Shown here one piece after another: positions 1 to 12,080 of a DNA stretch of 64,000 nucleotides. The number at the start of each line of letters is the position of its first letter. Position 1 is the first letter of the stretch. Source of the stretch: Chlorokybus atmophyticus (Eukaryota > Plantae > Mesostigma and Chlorokybus algae); NCBI GenBank assembly GCA_009103225.1, contig RHPI01001946.1, forward strand, positions 209,330 to 273,329. The letters are read 5' to 3'. Both the position numbers and the translations under genes were made by a program. The notes beneath the pieces are model-generated. The model did not search any database, was not told the DNA's origin, and was given only the letters and a program-made list of their open reading frames with translations.

Positions 1-605
1 ATAAGAGGCATCTCCAAACACTGCAGCCCGTGAATAGACTGCGCGGTGAACAAATATAAGACCATGAAATCCATACATGGAAACACATTGGTGCCACAAG
101 CGCAACTCAATAAACCCAACAATGTGTGAGATATGTGCGCGCATGCGCGTATGCGCAAGTGCAAATGCAAACACGCAGCTACATAGGAACGACCATGCGA
201 GGCGGACATGCAGCAACATCTGCAGGTAGTGAGCAGTCTGACCTATGCACGTATGTTGGCAAGGGACAGGCATCCTAGCATGCACGCAAGTGCACAGCAG
301 CTTACCAATGCATCCATGAGAGCCTGATTCTTGCCCTTCTCTCTGGTGAGCACGACGTCGTAGGAACTGGCGGCGGCCACTGCACAAACGGCATTTCTAG
401 CAGGCGACATCCCCAACGACATCGACGACAATGACCACCTCTGCTCCCTCCTCTGCAATCCTAACCCTGATTTCCGGTGCACGACCGCAATGTGCCTTCC
501 CGCGAGTTCTCGCCAGCCAACGCAAGCACTCGCCTGTCGGCATGGAGAGGTAGCTGGTGTGGTTGCGGGCGCCACCGCCACCGCCGCCGCCATCGCCGCC
601 ACCAT
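1..605 (-). CDS. HEMD: Uroporphyrinogen-III synthase, plastid-targeted (5' part; gene continues off the window start)
   Basis: Exon 605-306 encodes an Ala/Ser/Arg-rich transit peptide, then YDVVLTREKGKNQALMDAL. A GTAAG donor follows at 305, and the next exon (38-1) gives SIHGLQCLEMPL in frame. This matches the plant UROS N-terminus (VVVTRERGKN...LELPLI). Confidence 0.88.
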
Positions 606-1989
606 TGCGGCGTCTTATTGCACATGCACCGCGTGGCGCTTTGGAACGTTGTGGGCGCACTCATATGATTGGCGCAGACGTGCAAGTAACGCATGCGGGG
701 AATGGCATTTGACTGTCGATCCAGACTCTGGTGTTGAACTTGGTGAAGGAGTGAAGAAGTTGCACGCTTTATACGAGGGTTAAATTACAAAAGGCTTGGT
801 ATGTGCATTGGTAGGCAGATTTTCTGAATGACATTAACAAGTTGTGTCCATGTATAAAAGTTGAGGTTATTCAAGAACGTTCATATACTTAATAAAATAT
901 AATACATTGCGCGCATTCAAATGCATGGCTTCATGCATGTGAGTATCTTCTGTACTACTTACTAGCACCCCATGTAGTCCCAAGAGACAATTATCACATC
1001 ATGACTATATACTATACGAATACGTGATCACGTTCTTGTATAGTAAGTACAATGCATGTGACTCGTACGGCATCCATTCATGAACGCATCAGATGCATTG
1101 TAAGCAGTCCACTTATAAGTACACTAGCAGCGCATACCATCGACATTGAGAAGGAGGTTGCTTGCCAATACGCAGTAGTGGTAGACTTAGAGGTAGTTAG
1201 CAGGCAGCATGTAGCCCTTACCCCGGTGGTCAATATGGTGAGTGTTAATGGTGTTCGTTGAATTGCATGTGCACGTAAGTTGGCATGTTATGCATTCCCT
1301 CTTGCATCTTTTGGACACTAACCACAGCCGCGGTGCTGGTGACTAAGTCTGCCAATTGCATGCATGACTATAGGGTGGGGTAATTGTAGTGATAGAGTAG
1401 GTAGAGAAAAGGCAACGAGAGCGTGGTTTAGCTCGGTGGTCATGTAACGGTTGCGTGTGTCCGATAGCCATGCATGTCACGTATGCTGTGTGAGGCGCTA
1501 GCTGGTGGCATGCTATGTCATGTATGCTATATGTGGCGTTGCGTTGCACGCGGCCAATAACCTCAACGTTCTTTTGTATACACGCACACTAGGTTAGCTG
1601 CAGTGCCGTGGCGTGTTGCATGTACACTGCATGCATGTGCGCGTGCATGTTGCAACCGCCACGGTGTGCAAATGTACAATACGGGTGCATGTGCACTACA
1701 TCTTGCATATGCAAACATGCTGTAACAATTCATCATGTGTGGTCACTGTTCTTATCAAAAGTACCTGCAATTTATGACGCATTCAATCCATCACAGATAC
1801 AGGGATATACAGTTTGACCAAACAGGTTGTCAGAGCAACAGCGCTTGGAGGGGCCTTGACTACTAGCCCGCAGTACCGGAGTGTGCAGACAGCCTATCTG
1901 TCGGACAGCCTGCCTACACGCACCCACGCACCCACGCGCATGCATACACACATATCTACAATTTCATGTACACGCACGGAGAGAGAGAG

Positions 1990-2533
1990 NNNNNNNNNNN
2001 NNNNNNNNNNNNNNNNNNNNNNNNNNNNNNNNNNNNNNNNNNNNNNNNNNNNNNNNNNNNNNNNNNNNNNNNNNNNNNNNNNNNNNNNNNNNNNNNNNNN
2101 NNNNNNNNNNNNNNNNNNNNNNNNNNNNNNNNNNNNNNNNNNNNNNNNNNNNNNNNNNNNNNNNNNNNNNNNNNNNNNNNNNNNNNNNNNNNNNNNNNNN
2201 NNNNNNNNNNNNNNNNNNNNNNNNNNNNNNNNNNNNNNNNNNNNNNNNNNNNNNNNNNNNNNNNNNNNNNNNNNNNNNNNNNNNNNNNNNNNNNNNNNNN
2301 NNNNNNNNNNNNNNNNNNNNNNNNNNNNNNNNNNNNNNNNNNNNNNNNNNNNNNNNNNNNNNNNNNNNNNNNNNNNNNNNNNNNNNNNNNNNNNNNNNNN
2401 NNNNNNNNNNNNNNNNNNNNNNNNNNNNNNNNNNNNNNNNNNNNNNNNNNNNNNNNNNNNNNNNNNNNNNNNNNNNNNNNNNNNNNNNNNNNNNNNNNNN
2501 NNNNNNNNNNNNNNNNNNNNNNNNNNNNNNNNN
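1990..2533. other. Assembly gap (N run)
   Basis: Continuous Ns, preceded by (GA)n and followed by a short G run. Confidence 0.99.
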
Positions 2534-3407
2534 GGGGGCACACAGCAGTAGCGACATCAAGAGTTGACAAGGACTTTATGTGCCACATGACCAATCTGTC
2601 TAGCTCCACGTGTGGGCCCCATGTCTCTGCCGTGCACAAATGTTTGTTTTGCTTATGAAATCAGAGTTGGCATTATCTGTAAAGTACTGACAGGCCAGGT
2701 TCGTGCTTGCCTGCTCACAACTTACCTCGCACTCGCATGTAGAGCGCCATTGGAGCGAGCGCGCATCGGCGAATATGTTGTTGCCATCTGCTGATCTGTT
2801 CCACGCCTTGCTTAAGCCAACTGCATGCGCCGTTGAGCTGGAGTCGGAGCCAAAGGTCTGGCGGCAGCAGTGCCGCTCATACTCTTGTTGTGCGTGTTGT
2901 TGAACTGCTGATGTGCATGCAGCTAACTGTACTGCTCTGCTCTGAGACTCCTATGCTACTAGCATGCCACAGAAGTGATTACAACCACACCCGGCGCACT
3001 ACTGCCGCAGGCGGCCTTGTCGCCTGTGTGCAGTCACAAAGTAAAGCAAGCGAAAATGGCGCACAACCAGAAGGTGCAGTAAACGAAATAACGGCTTGAT
3101 TTGAGACATCGCTGTAAGGGTTGATAGCGGACTGTTCCGAACCCAACAGAAGCCCCTGGCCAGTCGGGGCTCAAGCTCAGTCTTGGCCCTAACTGTCCCC
3201 CGTAGCTGGAGTGCCACTCGACATTGCATGTACAAGCCTCAAGCGAGCAGCGTTCTAGTGCGAAGGCTACTATGCACGCAAGTATTGCACTTGCTTAATG
3301 CAGTGAGATGCTGTGCTTCGCACGCTGCGCAGCCTACGTAGGTTGTGTACCAGTCGCCGCGCAGGGCATGCCTGTGCTTACAGATTGCAAGGCACTGTTG
3401 GTCTATG

Positions 3408-3644
3408 GATAACCACTTTGTCGTCATCTGCGTCGTCGTCTGCGTGCTGATCGTCGTCGGTACGACCTTTGCTTACCTTCACCGACGCCTCCGCCCCCTT
3501 GGCAAGTCGATCGACACTGCAGGTGACGCAGCGCCTAAGCTTCCGGAGGAGGGTCCGACTGGAGTCCATTTGGAGGTCGGTGGCGCTGTCGGCGTCGGCG
3601 TCGGCGGCCGGAGGGCGGAGGGCGGAGGGCAGCTTGTGTGCTGA
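3408..3644 (+). other. Possible coding exon or gene relic for a single-pass membrane protein
   Basis: GC-rich coding-like stretch MDNHFVVICVVVCVLIVVGTTFAYLHRRLRP (hydrophobic helix followed by basic residues). No family recognised and exon connections are unclear. Confidence 0.3.
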
Positions 3645-5613
3645 GCACTATCAACGTCGTCGACGGCGTCGTCCAGACGGAGGCAGTCGGCAAGTGCGCT
3701 GCCAGGAGCGTAGGCAGGCGCATGTTTAGAGGTGCAGCTTGCAGGAATAGCCAGAGACCAAAGTTCATTGGGTTTTCACGCAATTGTATTCTGTACGTGC
3801 ACTGTGTTGTTTGGCAATTACCTTCATGCCGGGAATATAACTTGCTTCCTAGCAGCAAGTCAAGCGCTTGTCACCTGGTCTAGTTGTTGAAACCAGCGGG
3901 CTTAGAGGAATCCATTTGTACATCACCTTACCGGATGTGCAGGGAGGTGCGGTGTGCGGCTGGCGCCAAGACCTGCCCGAGCGGCCGACGCTCTCCCCGA
4001 CGGCGTCACTTAAGCTGTGTACCCAATTTCTGGTTACTGTTTGGCAGTCAGGCAGCGGTCTACATGACACTCGTTGGATGATATTTGGTATGATGAACAC
4101 TGCAGCAGCACGACTGCATGCCACCGCGCCATGTGGTGCTGTGGCATGCTGTCGTGCCCTTGATGACTGACACGCTACATGACAGCAGTTGTTCCCTGAT
4201 TATTGTGTAAGTTACAGCCTCAACAGCCACTGGGCACGGGGGCACTCCTGAACCACAGTTCCTTCTCCTTGCTTGACTTAGAACTTTCCTAGTTACTCCG
4301 TACATGTGGCTGTACATTGTGTGCTGCTATCACAAGGTCAGTTAGCAGCATGTCATTCTGGCCAGGCACCTTAATGTTGTTCGTGTTGCCCAAAGCGTTT
4401 CTTCCAGAGGCAGCTTTTCTGATGTTTGATGTGACTGATCACGTATGCTGCTGGCAACCTCGGAAGCATAGGGCAAGGTACAGTGAACCGCAAGTGTGTC
4501 ACCCAAGGGTCAATGCTCGGTACATTCATCGTACATGCATCTTCAGTGGAGGGGGAGGCATGCCACCCTTGTTTTAGCACGGGACATAAGTTGCATGGCA
4601 TCTCAGTCCAGAGTTGCAAACTGGCAGTCGGTGCATAGCGCACGGCTCTGTTGTTGGGCTCTGGCTTGTGTGTTTGTGCACGTGGTCTGTCGTACAATAC
4701 TTATGTAGCAGACAAAAGGCGATTCAGTTTGCTGCCCCGCCCGCATCCTGGCTGGTTGCCAGAGCCATATGGAGGTACTTGACATTCGCTTTGCTGCTAG
4801 TGACTCAAACTCTCTCGTGTATTAGCTCTGTTGACTGTTGGTTGCTCTGCTCTGTGTAGCGAACTGTCCTGCTCCCGATCTTGCCAACCATCGTTGTGCC
4901 TTTAGGTTGGCAGCCTGCCCTTTTTTGACTAGCAGATCAACCCGGGCTTGTGACATTGACTCACAGCGGCTCCATCATAGGCCCTAGCGTACTGTTGCTG
5001 TGACTGACTCTAAGGGTCTGCCACGATGGCATGAATGCACCTGACTTCCAGTACTCTCATTGATTTCTCCCTTGTCCTCACTATCTCACCACCCGTGCGA
5101 GCACAACAAGCACAAGGCAACAATTCCGTGTACAACGACAACGACTTCAAGATGATTCTAAGCAGTCAAGTTCTCCAAGAGTACGTAACAGCTCATGTGC
5201 ATACACTTACTGCCTCAGCCCTTGCAATACCACATGTTTCATGTACCCTATGCATTGCTGTGTGCAGTCCACAGGCTGATGAGCCGCTGCCGTCGGCACG
5301 GGCTACGGCACAATCTGATGAGGTGGTGACAGCAGCGGCGCCAACAAAGTCGATCCCCAACACGGCCGTGGGGACAGTGGCTGACTATGCGTACATGTAC
5401 TGGAAAAACGGCCTGGTGAACCCCGCCAACCTTGTCCTTGCAGTTTAGACCAGCCGCCTACGGGTTTGAACTATAACAAGGTGAAGCTCCTGACGTTTGC
5501 GGCTCTCGAGCAACGTGTCTCCGGTTAGTTGACTAGCATACCCGTTACTACTGGGCTCGGTGTGTATGCGCGTGCGCACGCGTGCGCGCATGTGTGCATT
5601 GTGGTGTGTGTGT

Positions 5614-5652
<39 letters not shown>

Positions 5653-5780
5653 NNNNNNNNNNNNNNNNNNNNNNNNNNNNNNNNNNNNNNNNNNNNNNNN
5701 NNNNNNNNNNNNNNNNNNNNNNNNNNNNNNNNNNNNNNNNNNNNNNNNNNNNNNNNNNNNNNNNNNNNNNNNNNNNNNNN
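5614..5780. other. Poly-G tract (5614-5651) and assembly gap (5653-5780) inside an intron of copy A
   Basis: Seen directly in the sequence. Confidence 0.97.
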
Positions 5781-6913
5781 GGGAGGGAAGCGGGGGTTGG
5801 GCAAGTACAAATCATTGTTGGCAATGACATGATTAAAGGCGGTCTACCTGGGGCAGCAAGCCTCACCTTCGGATTGATATACCATGGTGTGACTTATATT
5901 GTGACCGGCACGTTAGGGAAGTAAGTTACCTATTTGCTTGGTGGCTTGGAAGGCGACACCATGCATGTGTACTTACTTGCTTGCTTTGTACTGCAGCTTC
6001 TTGCACAATGTGGTGCTGAGCATGGCTGCCGGTTCAATCGTCGGGTCTTCAACTCCCTCTCATGGTCATGTAGAAGATTCATGCATGCACAATGGCACCC
6101 TGCCGCGTAAACACTCATTTGGTACAATGCTGATCGTCTCATGTGCACTGCCAACTGGCGCCCCTTCCATGAGCCGCTCGGCAATTGATTGATCTGTGTG
6201 GCCCGACCGGGTAGCATTCTTCCTGCAAATCACCCCTCAGAAAAGTGACTTCTCCTCCGCGGACGCTCGCATGTTTGTTAGGCTGAGCGCCCCTGGTCTG
6301 GGTTCCGCCTTCACCATCGCCGGCTCCAGCTTCACCTCCGTGAGCAGTGGGAGCGTCGCCAGCTGGCCTCCCGGCACGTACGTACATCACAATGGTGGTA
6401 GTGATAACGTTTATGTTGTCGTTGTTGACACGTCTGTCCTACCTCGCAGTTGGCCCCCACTGATCAGGCGCTCAGTTACGTTGGTGGCATCTTTCAACAA
6501 AGCTGAGCGTGGTGTCACCAACTTGCGCACTCCCATCACAGTGAAGTCTGACCAGGTTTGTTCCCTGGCGCAAATGACTTAGCTAGTTGCCAATCAAAGT
6601 GCTGTGTGCTAAGCTGAACTTCTGTATTGTAATGCGATTTACCACAGACACTGCCTGCAGCTGTCTCCGACCTGCTTGTGCATTATGTGGAAGCGCAAGG
6701 CTGGCACGACATCACTCTGCGCAACGACAAGTACATGTCATTCTCAAGCCATGCAGGTCGGTTGAAGAGGCTTGACGGTTGACATGCAGGCAGATGCCGC
6801 TGGGAGACCAGCGCTTGAACCGCATCGAGCGCGTGACGGTGATTGTAACCAACCCGAGTGCAAGCACTCGCATCGTGAGGCTCAGCGTCTCCAAATCCAA
6901 AGTGGTCTTGTTT

Positions 6914-9900
6914 AAGACGTTGCAAGTGTTGCAGACAGCCTACCTGTTGTACAATGCTCTATGCTCTAGGTAAAATAATGCTCCGTGCATTAGGATACAA
7001 GTTGAGCAGCAACCCCCTATCCTGGAAATGAAAACAATGCGTATGCGTGCTCAATGACTGTTTGCATGTGTACACTTACACATCCCTACAGGGCACCAGC
7101 GCCTACAACACCAGCACGTTACAAACTCGCTTGTGCAACAAAACACGGCACGCTACTCATGGTTGGCCTAAGTTGGCTTGGGTACAGACGTTAGCTTGGG
7201 TTACAACAAGCCCGCACATCACTGCCGGCCCCACCACCAACCACGCTACAACCAGGCTCCTCAGCAACTACCCTCACCGCTCACCACTAAGTTTGCCGCC
7301 AACCAACCGCCGCCGGCACAGGACAACAATCTTGCCGCCTGTACAACTACATGGACAGTCTGTGAAAACGGCGCCGGCGGGAAAACTACCAAGCAAACCT
7401 TGATTCCCCTCGGCCCCGAGGAATTAGGTTAGTGAGTTGGCCCTCCGGCTGTTAATACTCGATGGCTTTATGCAATACGTCTGGAGTTCCAGTTCCAGCT
7501 CCAGTTCCAGTGGGCAGACATGCGGGTTTGGAAGGGCGGCGGTGTGGGCGGCGGGCATAGGGTGGAGGAGTTGGCAAGTCGCTGCCAGCATGGTGGTGGT
7601 GCAGTGTGCGGGGTCCGTATGACCCCAAGAGCAAAGACACCATCGTCAATAAGCTTGAGCCACAGCACCAATGGCGTCAGCACCCGCTCTCTTTCCACCA
7701 ACCATCAGGTATGTAAGGCGGCTTGATTGGACTGCTTTCTCGTCTGCTCCCTCTGACGCATGCTCATGTAGCTTGCTATCTTCGTAGTGCTCGATTGCCA
7801 ATGCTAGTGCTAGTCGTCGTAGTGCTGTGAGCGCATTTGCTGCGTTGCACTAACCCACAATCGAACTGCTCATGTAGCTTGATGTCGTCCCTACTTGCTG
7901 TCGTCGTGGTTGCCACTGCTTGTGCTGTGAGTGTTACTTGGTCAGCTGTTTCTGCTGCGCTACACTAACAATCCGATTACTTATAATCACAGGCTAGTGA
8001 ATCAGCTGCTAGAGTGCCAACGAGGGCGGACGTGAAAGGTTGTAAGACAAAGAAGGAGCTGGAAAAACTCTGTCATGATTACTTGTTGCCACGCAGTGGC
8101 ACCAAGCTGCAATTGAAGCGAAGGCTGCTTGGCAATGTGCCAGGGGCAGCAATCCTTGGATGCTTACCGCACACCACCTTAGGCGGCGAGCAGCATCAGG
8201 GTCCCAAACAAAAACCGCATTGTCACCAACGACGAGGATGAGGATGAGGAAGAACCCTCTCCACCACCTGCTGACAGCAAGTAGGTCCATGATACCGTTG
8301 TTAAGCAGGTGTATTTTACTGTGCATAGCATTGTCACACAACTGCACTTCGCTTGCAGGAAGCTGACATTGTCTTCACCACAGTTTCGGTGTCCGCGATA
8401 CATTGATTGATTTCATTGTGTGCTCAGGCCCAGTGATAGGCTGATATGCAATGCCCATGACTGTACTTGCCAGCTCATCTCGTCAGATGTGAAAAAGCGG
8501 CGCAAGACATTCTACAAGCATAATGATCTTGGGGTGAAGAAACGGTGCAATGAGTTTGTTGAGTACGTCTTTTTAGTGTGATGAATGTAATGAGTGTGAT
8601 GATCGTGTCTTTTATTGTGTGCGACTATCCAATGATGGGCCGCTTTGCAATTTTCCTAGCTGTATTGCACGGCTCAACCCGTTATAAGTGAGAAAGCGCG
8701 CCACAAGATGCTATAAGCATATCGGTTGAAGGGCCGAGACACGGTGCAATAAGTGTGGAGTAGTTGGAGTGGAACCCAGCCGGGCAAAGGTTCGAGTCAC
8801 TAGTGTCATGCTTTGCAAAAACTGCCTCAGATACAAGTAAGTGAACTGCAGTCTTAGAGTTGGGGCAACACACAGCATGCAAGACTGCATTGGTATTGAG
8901 CAATTGTCCTACATGCACAGGCATGCAGCAGAACGAGCTAGTCGCATTACTTGCTCATTAGACGGGTGTGACAAGGCTCCCATCCGACCAGAACAATGTG
9001 TACAAAACATGGCTACCCGGCCAAAAAGTGCCACAACGACAACTGTGACAAACAGGTGCCTGCTGAAGACAGAATTCTGTTGTGCTATGACTGTCGTATG
9101 GAGAAGATGGAGGAAGACTTTTTAAGGTGAGTGTTTTCTGTGCCAGTCAATGAGAGCTTGCTACCACTTGGCAATGTGATTACATGTCTAATTCTATCTC
9201 TTGTAGAGGACGGGATTGTAGAACAACGGACTTTGTGTGACAACCCTAAATTTAGGGATGTCACACAAATTTGTTCAGCGTAGCCTGCCGGACACACCGA
9301 GTTGAACCATTGTATCTCAAGTAGGCAAATTGCAATTTCCATGGCAAGCACAGGCGTGTGACCAACAAAGCACTTGACTCATTGGTCTGTCACTTGATTG
9401 CAGTGGCCGCACCTGTGCGATCGATAGCTACGAGTTGCAGACGTTCAATATTTTTTGCAGGCTGTGCTGATATCACTTGTTTTTCAAGTGAGACTGCGCT
9501 AATCCCGTGAGGGGTTGTCGATACCTGCGGGAAAAACACGACCTGTTTGTAACTTGTGCAGGACAATGGAAAAAGCGAAGGATGTCTACTCATAGTACGT
9601 CTGTACAATAGTTTACTCTTTTTAGCATCATAAAGCTACAATGCTCTATGCTCACGCTCTAGTCTACTATTTAGGCATACACCAAGCCTATTTACCCACG
9701 AACACACAGGCTTGACGAGGAGGACGCCTTGGACCGCTGGCTGCGCAGTCGCTCAGAATAAAGGTCGGACATAGAGCCATGGGAGCATTCCCACTTGATA
9801 CTCATTTAAAACCACGAAAAGAAGTTGGGAGACAGAGGGCTGCATTCTTTGTCAAGAGCCGAGCATGTGCGGTTGCTTGGCTCTGTTGAGGACGTCAAGC

Positions 9901-10502
9901 GACAAATGGAGGAGTCTTTTCTGCACTGGCCTGTAAGTGTAGTATGCTACACATGTCACTTTACCGTAAAATGCCTTTAAGTCACTTGCAGCATTGAATA
10001 ACAAATGCAATGCAGCTCATCTTGTTTTGCAAATGGTATGATGGGATGTGAAAACAAGGTCTCTTTCTGGTCCCATGATCATTACCCGCCGATCAAAGAC
10101 TACCACTTGAGCGACCCACAGCAGCGCGCACATGCATTCCCCATCAAGCGCATCTTTCCATGCCTAAAAGGTTTCAACTCCGCCAAGGGTAGCAAGCATA
10201 TTCCCCCAACATATAAAGCTTATGACGATTGGATGCGCTTACGTAACACCACCATTTTGCTTAGCTCTGTGACCTAAGTTTCTATTGAAACGCGGTTGAT
10301 AGCTGACCTGGCAGACAGTCAAGATACGCGGGCTCCAGCATAGTTCATACTTCTTGTTGGATAGCCCTGGTGGTGATAGTCATGCTGTATACAAGTGCGC
10401 TATAAAGAGCGCCAATGAAAGTGTTACGTATCTTTGCAATTTCAACACAGGTGTTATGTAGGAGTGAACGACAGCACACATACATTGAAAGTCTATTTGT
10501 TT
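6914..10502 (+). mobile_element. 3.6-kb insertion in exon 8 of copy A carrying a decayed, intron-containing SAP-domain/Cys-rich Zn-finger gene; probable transposon derivative
   Basis: Removing 6914-10502 rejoins ...SKSKVVLF|PIPVILAALHDTQVNPIGIPIQ in frame, aligning with the paralogs' ...TKTKDIFLIIGILATLHDTDLNPIGIPIQ. TTGTTT occurs at both junctions (6908-6913, 10497-10502), a candidate target-site duplication (TSD). Inside are a SAP-like motif KTKKELEKLCHDYLLPRSGTKLQLKRRL (~8045-8125), CxxC pairs and a CSLDGCDK...C.KHG..KKC finger (~8740-9110), with several stops and frameshifts. Confidence 0.65.
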
Positions 10503-11933
10503 CCGATTCCTGTAATCCTCGCCGCACTGCATGACACCCAAGTCAACCCCATCGGCATCCCCATACAAGCAGGAGTATGAAGTAGTCACTCTGCCTTTAT
10601 ACACATGATGAATATAAATCAATGACTGTTGTTGCTTACCCTTGTCAGTTATATGCATGCTGACTAACCACTGGTTCTTGCAGGTGTATAAAAACTCGCT
10701 TAAACCCAACTTGGTACAAAGGCCCTTTCTGGGGATGGTGGCCTTGCCAGTGCCGGCGAGGGCGACGTGGGCAATGGTATACACATCAGTAAACGCCTTC
10801 GAGGGTGGGGCGCCAGCTGTCTCACACGTGCAGCTGGCGCTCACGGATGCGATGCCCATCACATAATGGGACCAAGTCGCCCTTGCGTAAGTGTGCGTGT
10901 GGTTGTCAACACCGGCGTTGGTACCAAGCTTGGTACCAACATCAAGCCAGCATAGCCACTCACCTAATGGTTGACAGGTCTTGGGGTGAGACGTTTTTTT
11001 CGAGCCGGATCAAGGGCGTACTACGCGGGCAGTAGTTTTACACATGCGGCCGATATACGTGCTTGGCAACAAGGTGAGCTGATGTACCAAAAATGGCAAT
11101 ACCGTGGCATCTCAGTCTCCAAGAGTGGCATAGTGACTGAAAGCATTATTGATAAAACAGAGCAAAAGGGAGAAGTTTTGGTGGACACAGAATGTTGGTG
11201 GAGCCGATGTTGCTGCAATTGATACTGGCTCATCACTGCCTCAATTCAATGTTGAGATCCGCACATATTGCAAGAGGTAGGGACCGCTTGATTGAGGTCA
11301 GTAGCTAGTATGCGCATACATTCACACTTGCACCAGAACGTCCACTTACCACGAATCGGTTTGTACCCTTGTAGACAATGTATGCGGGCAAGTCTGAAGA
11401 CAGCAAGATGAAGATCCATTACACCGCATGCGTAGCGCGTTCAGATGATGCTGCAAGGGCTGCTTACCACCTTCACATGGAAGTGGTCTTTGGTGTGACA
11501 TTTTGCCGCTTCCCCATCTGGCAGGTTGGCTTCTCCTCCAGAAGGCTTTTCCTCCATGTTCAACATGTACAAGTTGATGAAAAAAATGATGTTTCTTATC
11601 TTGAGTCACTTGTTTTGTTATGCAAATGGCAAGCTCAACTTACGCTTGGGGATACAACTACCAATTTGCGTATGTATGGTAACGAGAAGGGTCTCCTTTA
11701 TGAATGGACTCGCAAGCTGGGTCAGAGTAAACAATAACGCTATATTTTCATTGCTGCCCTGCGATTGCAGCAATGTGGTCACACTTGTGATGCTGCCTTC
11801 GTACTCGTGACACAGTCAACGGCAAAGATGCATTTAGGAACGTCGCTATACAAGCTAAATGGCAAGAAGAATTGGGTCTCTCTTACACAGGTACATACAT
11901 ATATGTATATATATATACATATATGTGTGTGTA

Positions 11934-12005
11934 TATATGAAGTATTATTCTCACCTTGGTTCGTGGCACTAATTGATATATATATATATGTATATATATG
12001 TGTGT

Positions 12006-12052
<47 letters not shown>

Positions 12053-12080
12053 AAGTGGTATTCTCACCTTGGTTCGTGGC
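11934..12080. repeat. (TG)n/(TA)n microsatellite flanked by a duplicated ~35-bp segment
   Basis: (TG)~18 at 12009-12044; TATTCTCACCTTGGTTCGTGGC occurs on both sides (~11947 and ~12059). Confidence 0.85.

Noticed and set aside
1100-1260. HHIDH...NYL fragment on the minus strand as an HNH nuclease relic
   Set aside because: Short, surrounded by stops and without supporting residues.
1814-2658. Long ORFs of 200+ aa around 1.8-2.7 kb (and similar ones at 5.5-5.9, 45.6-46.2 and 56.5-56.9 kb)
   Set aside because: They are open only because they cross N gaps and poly-G runs; there is no coding evidence.
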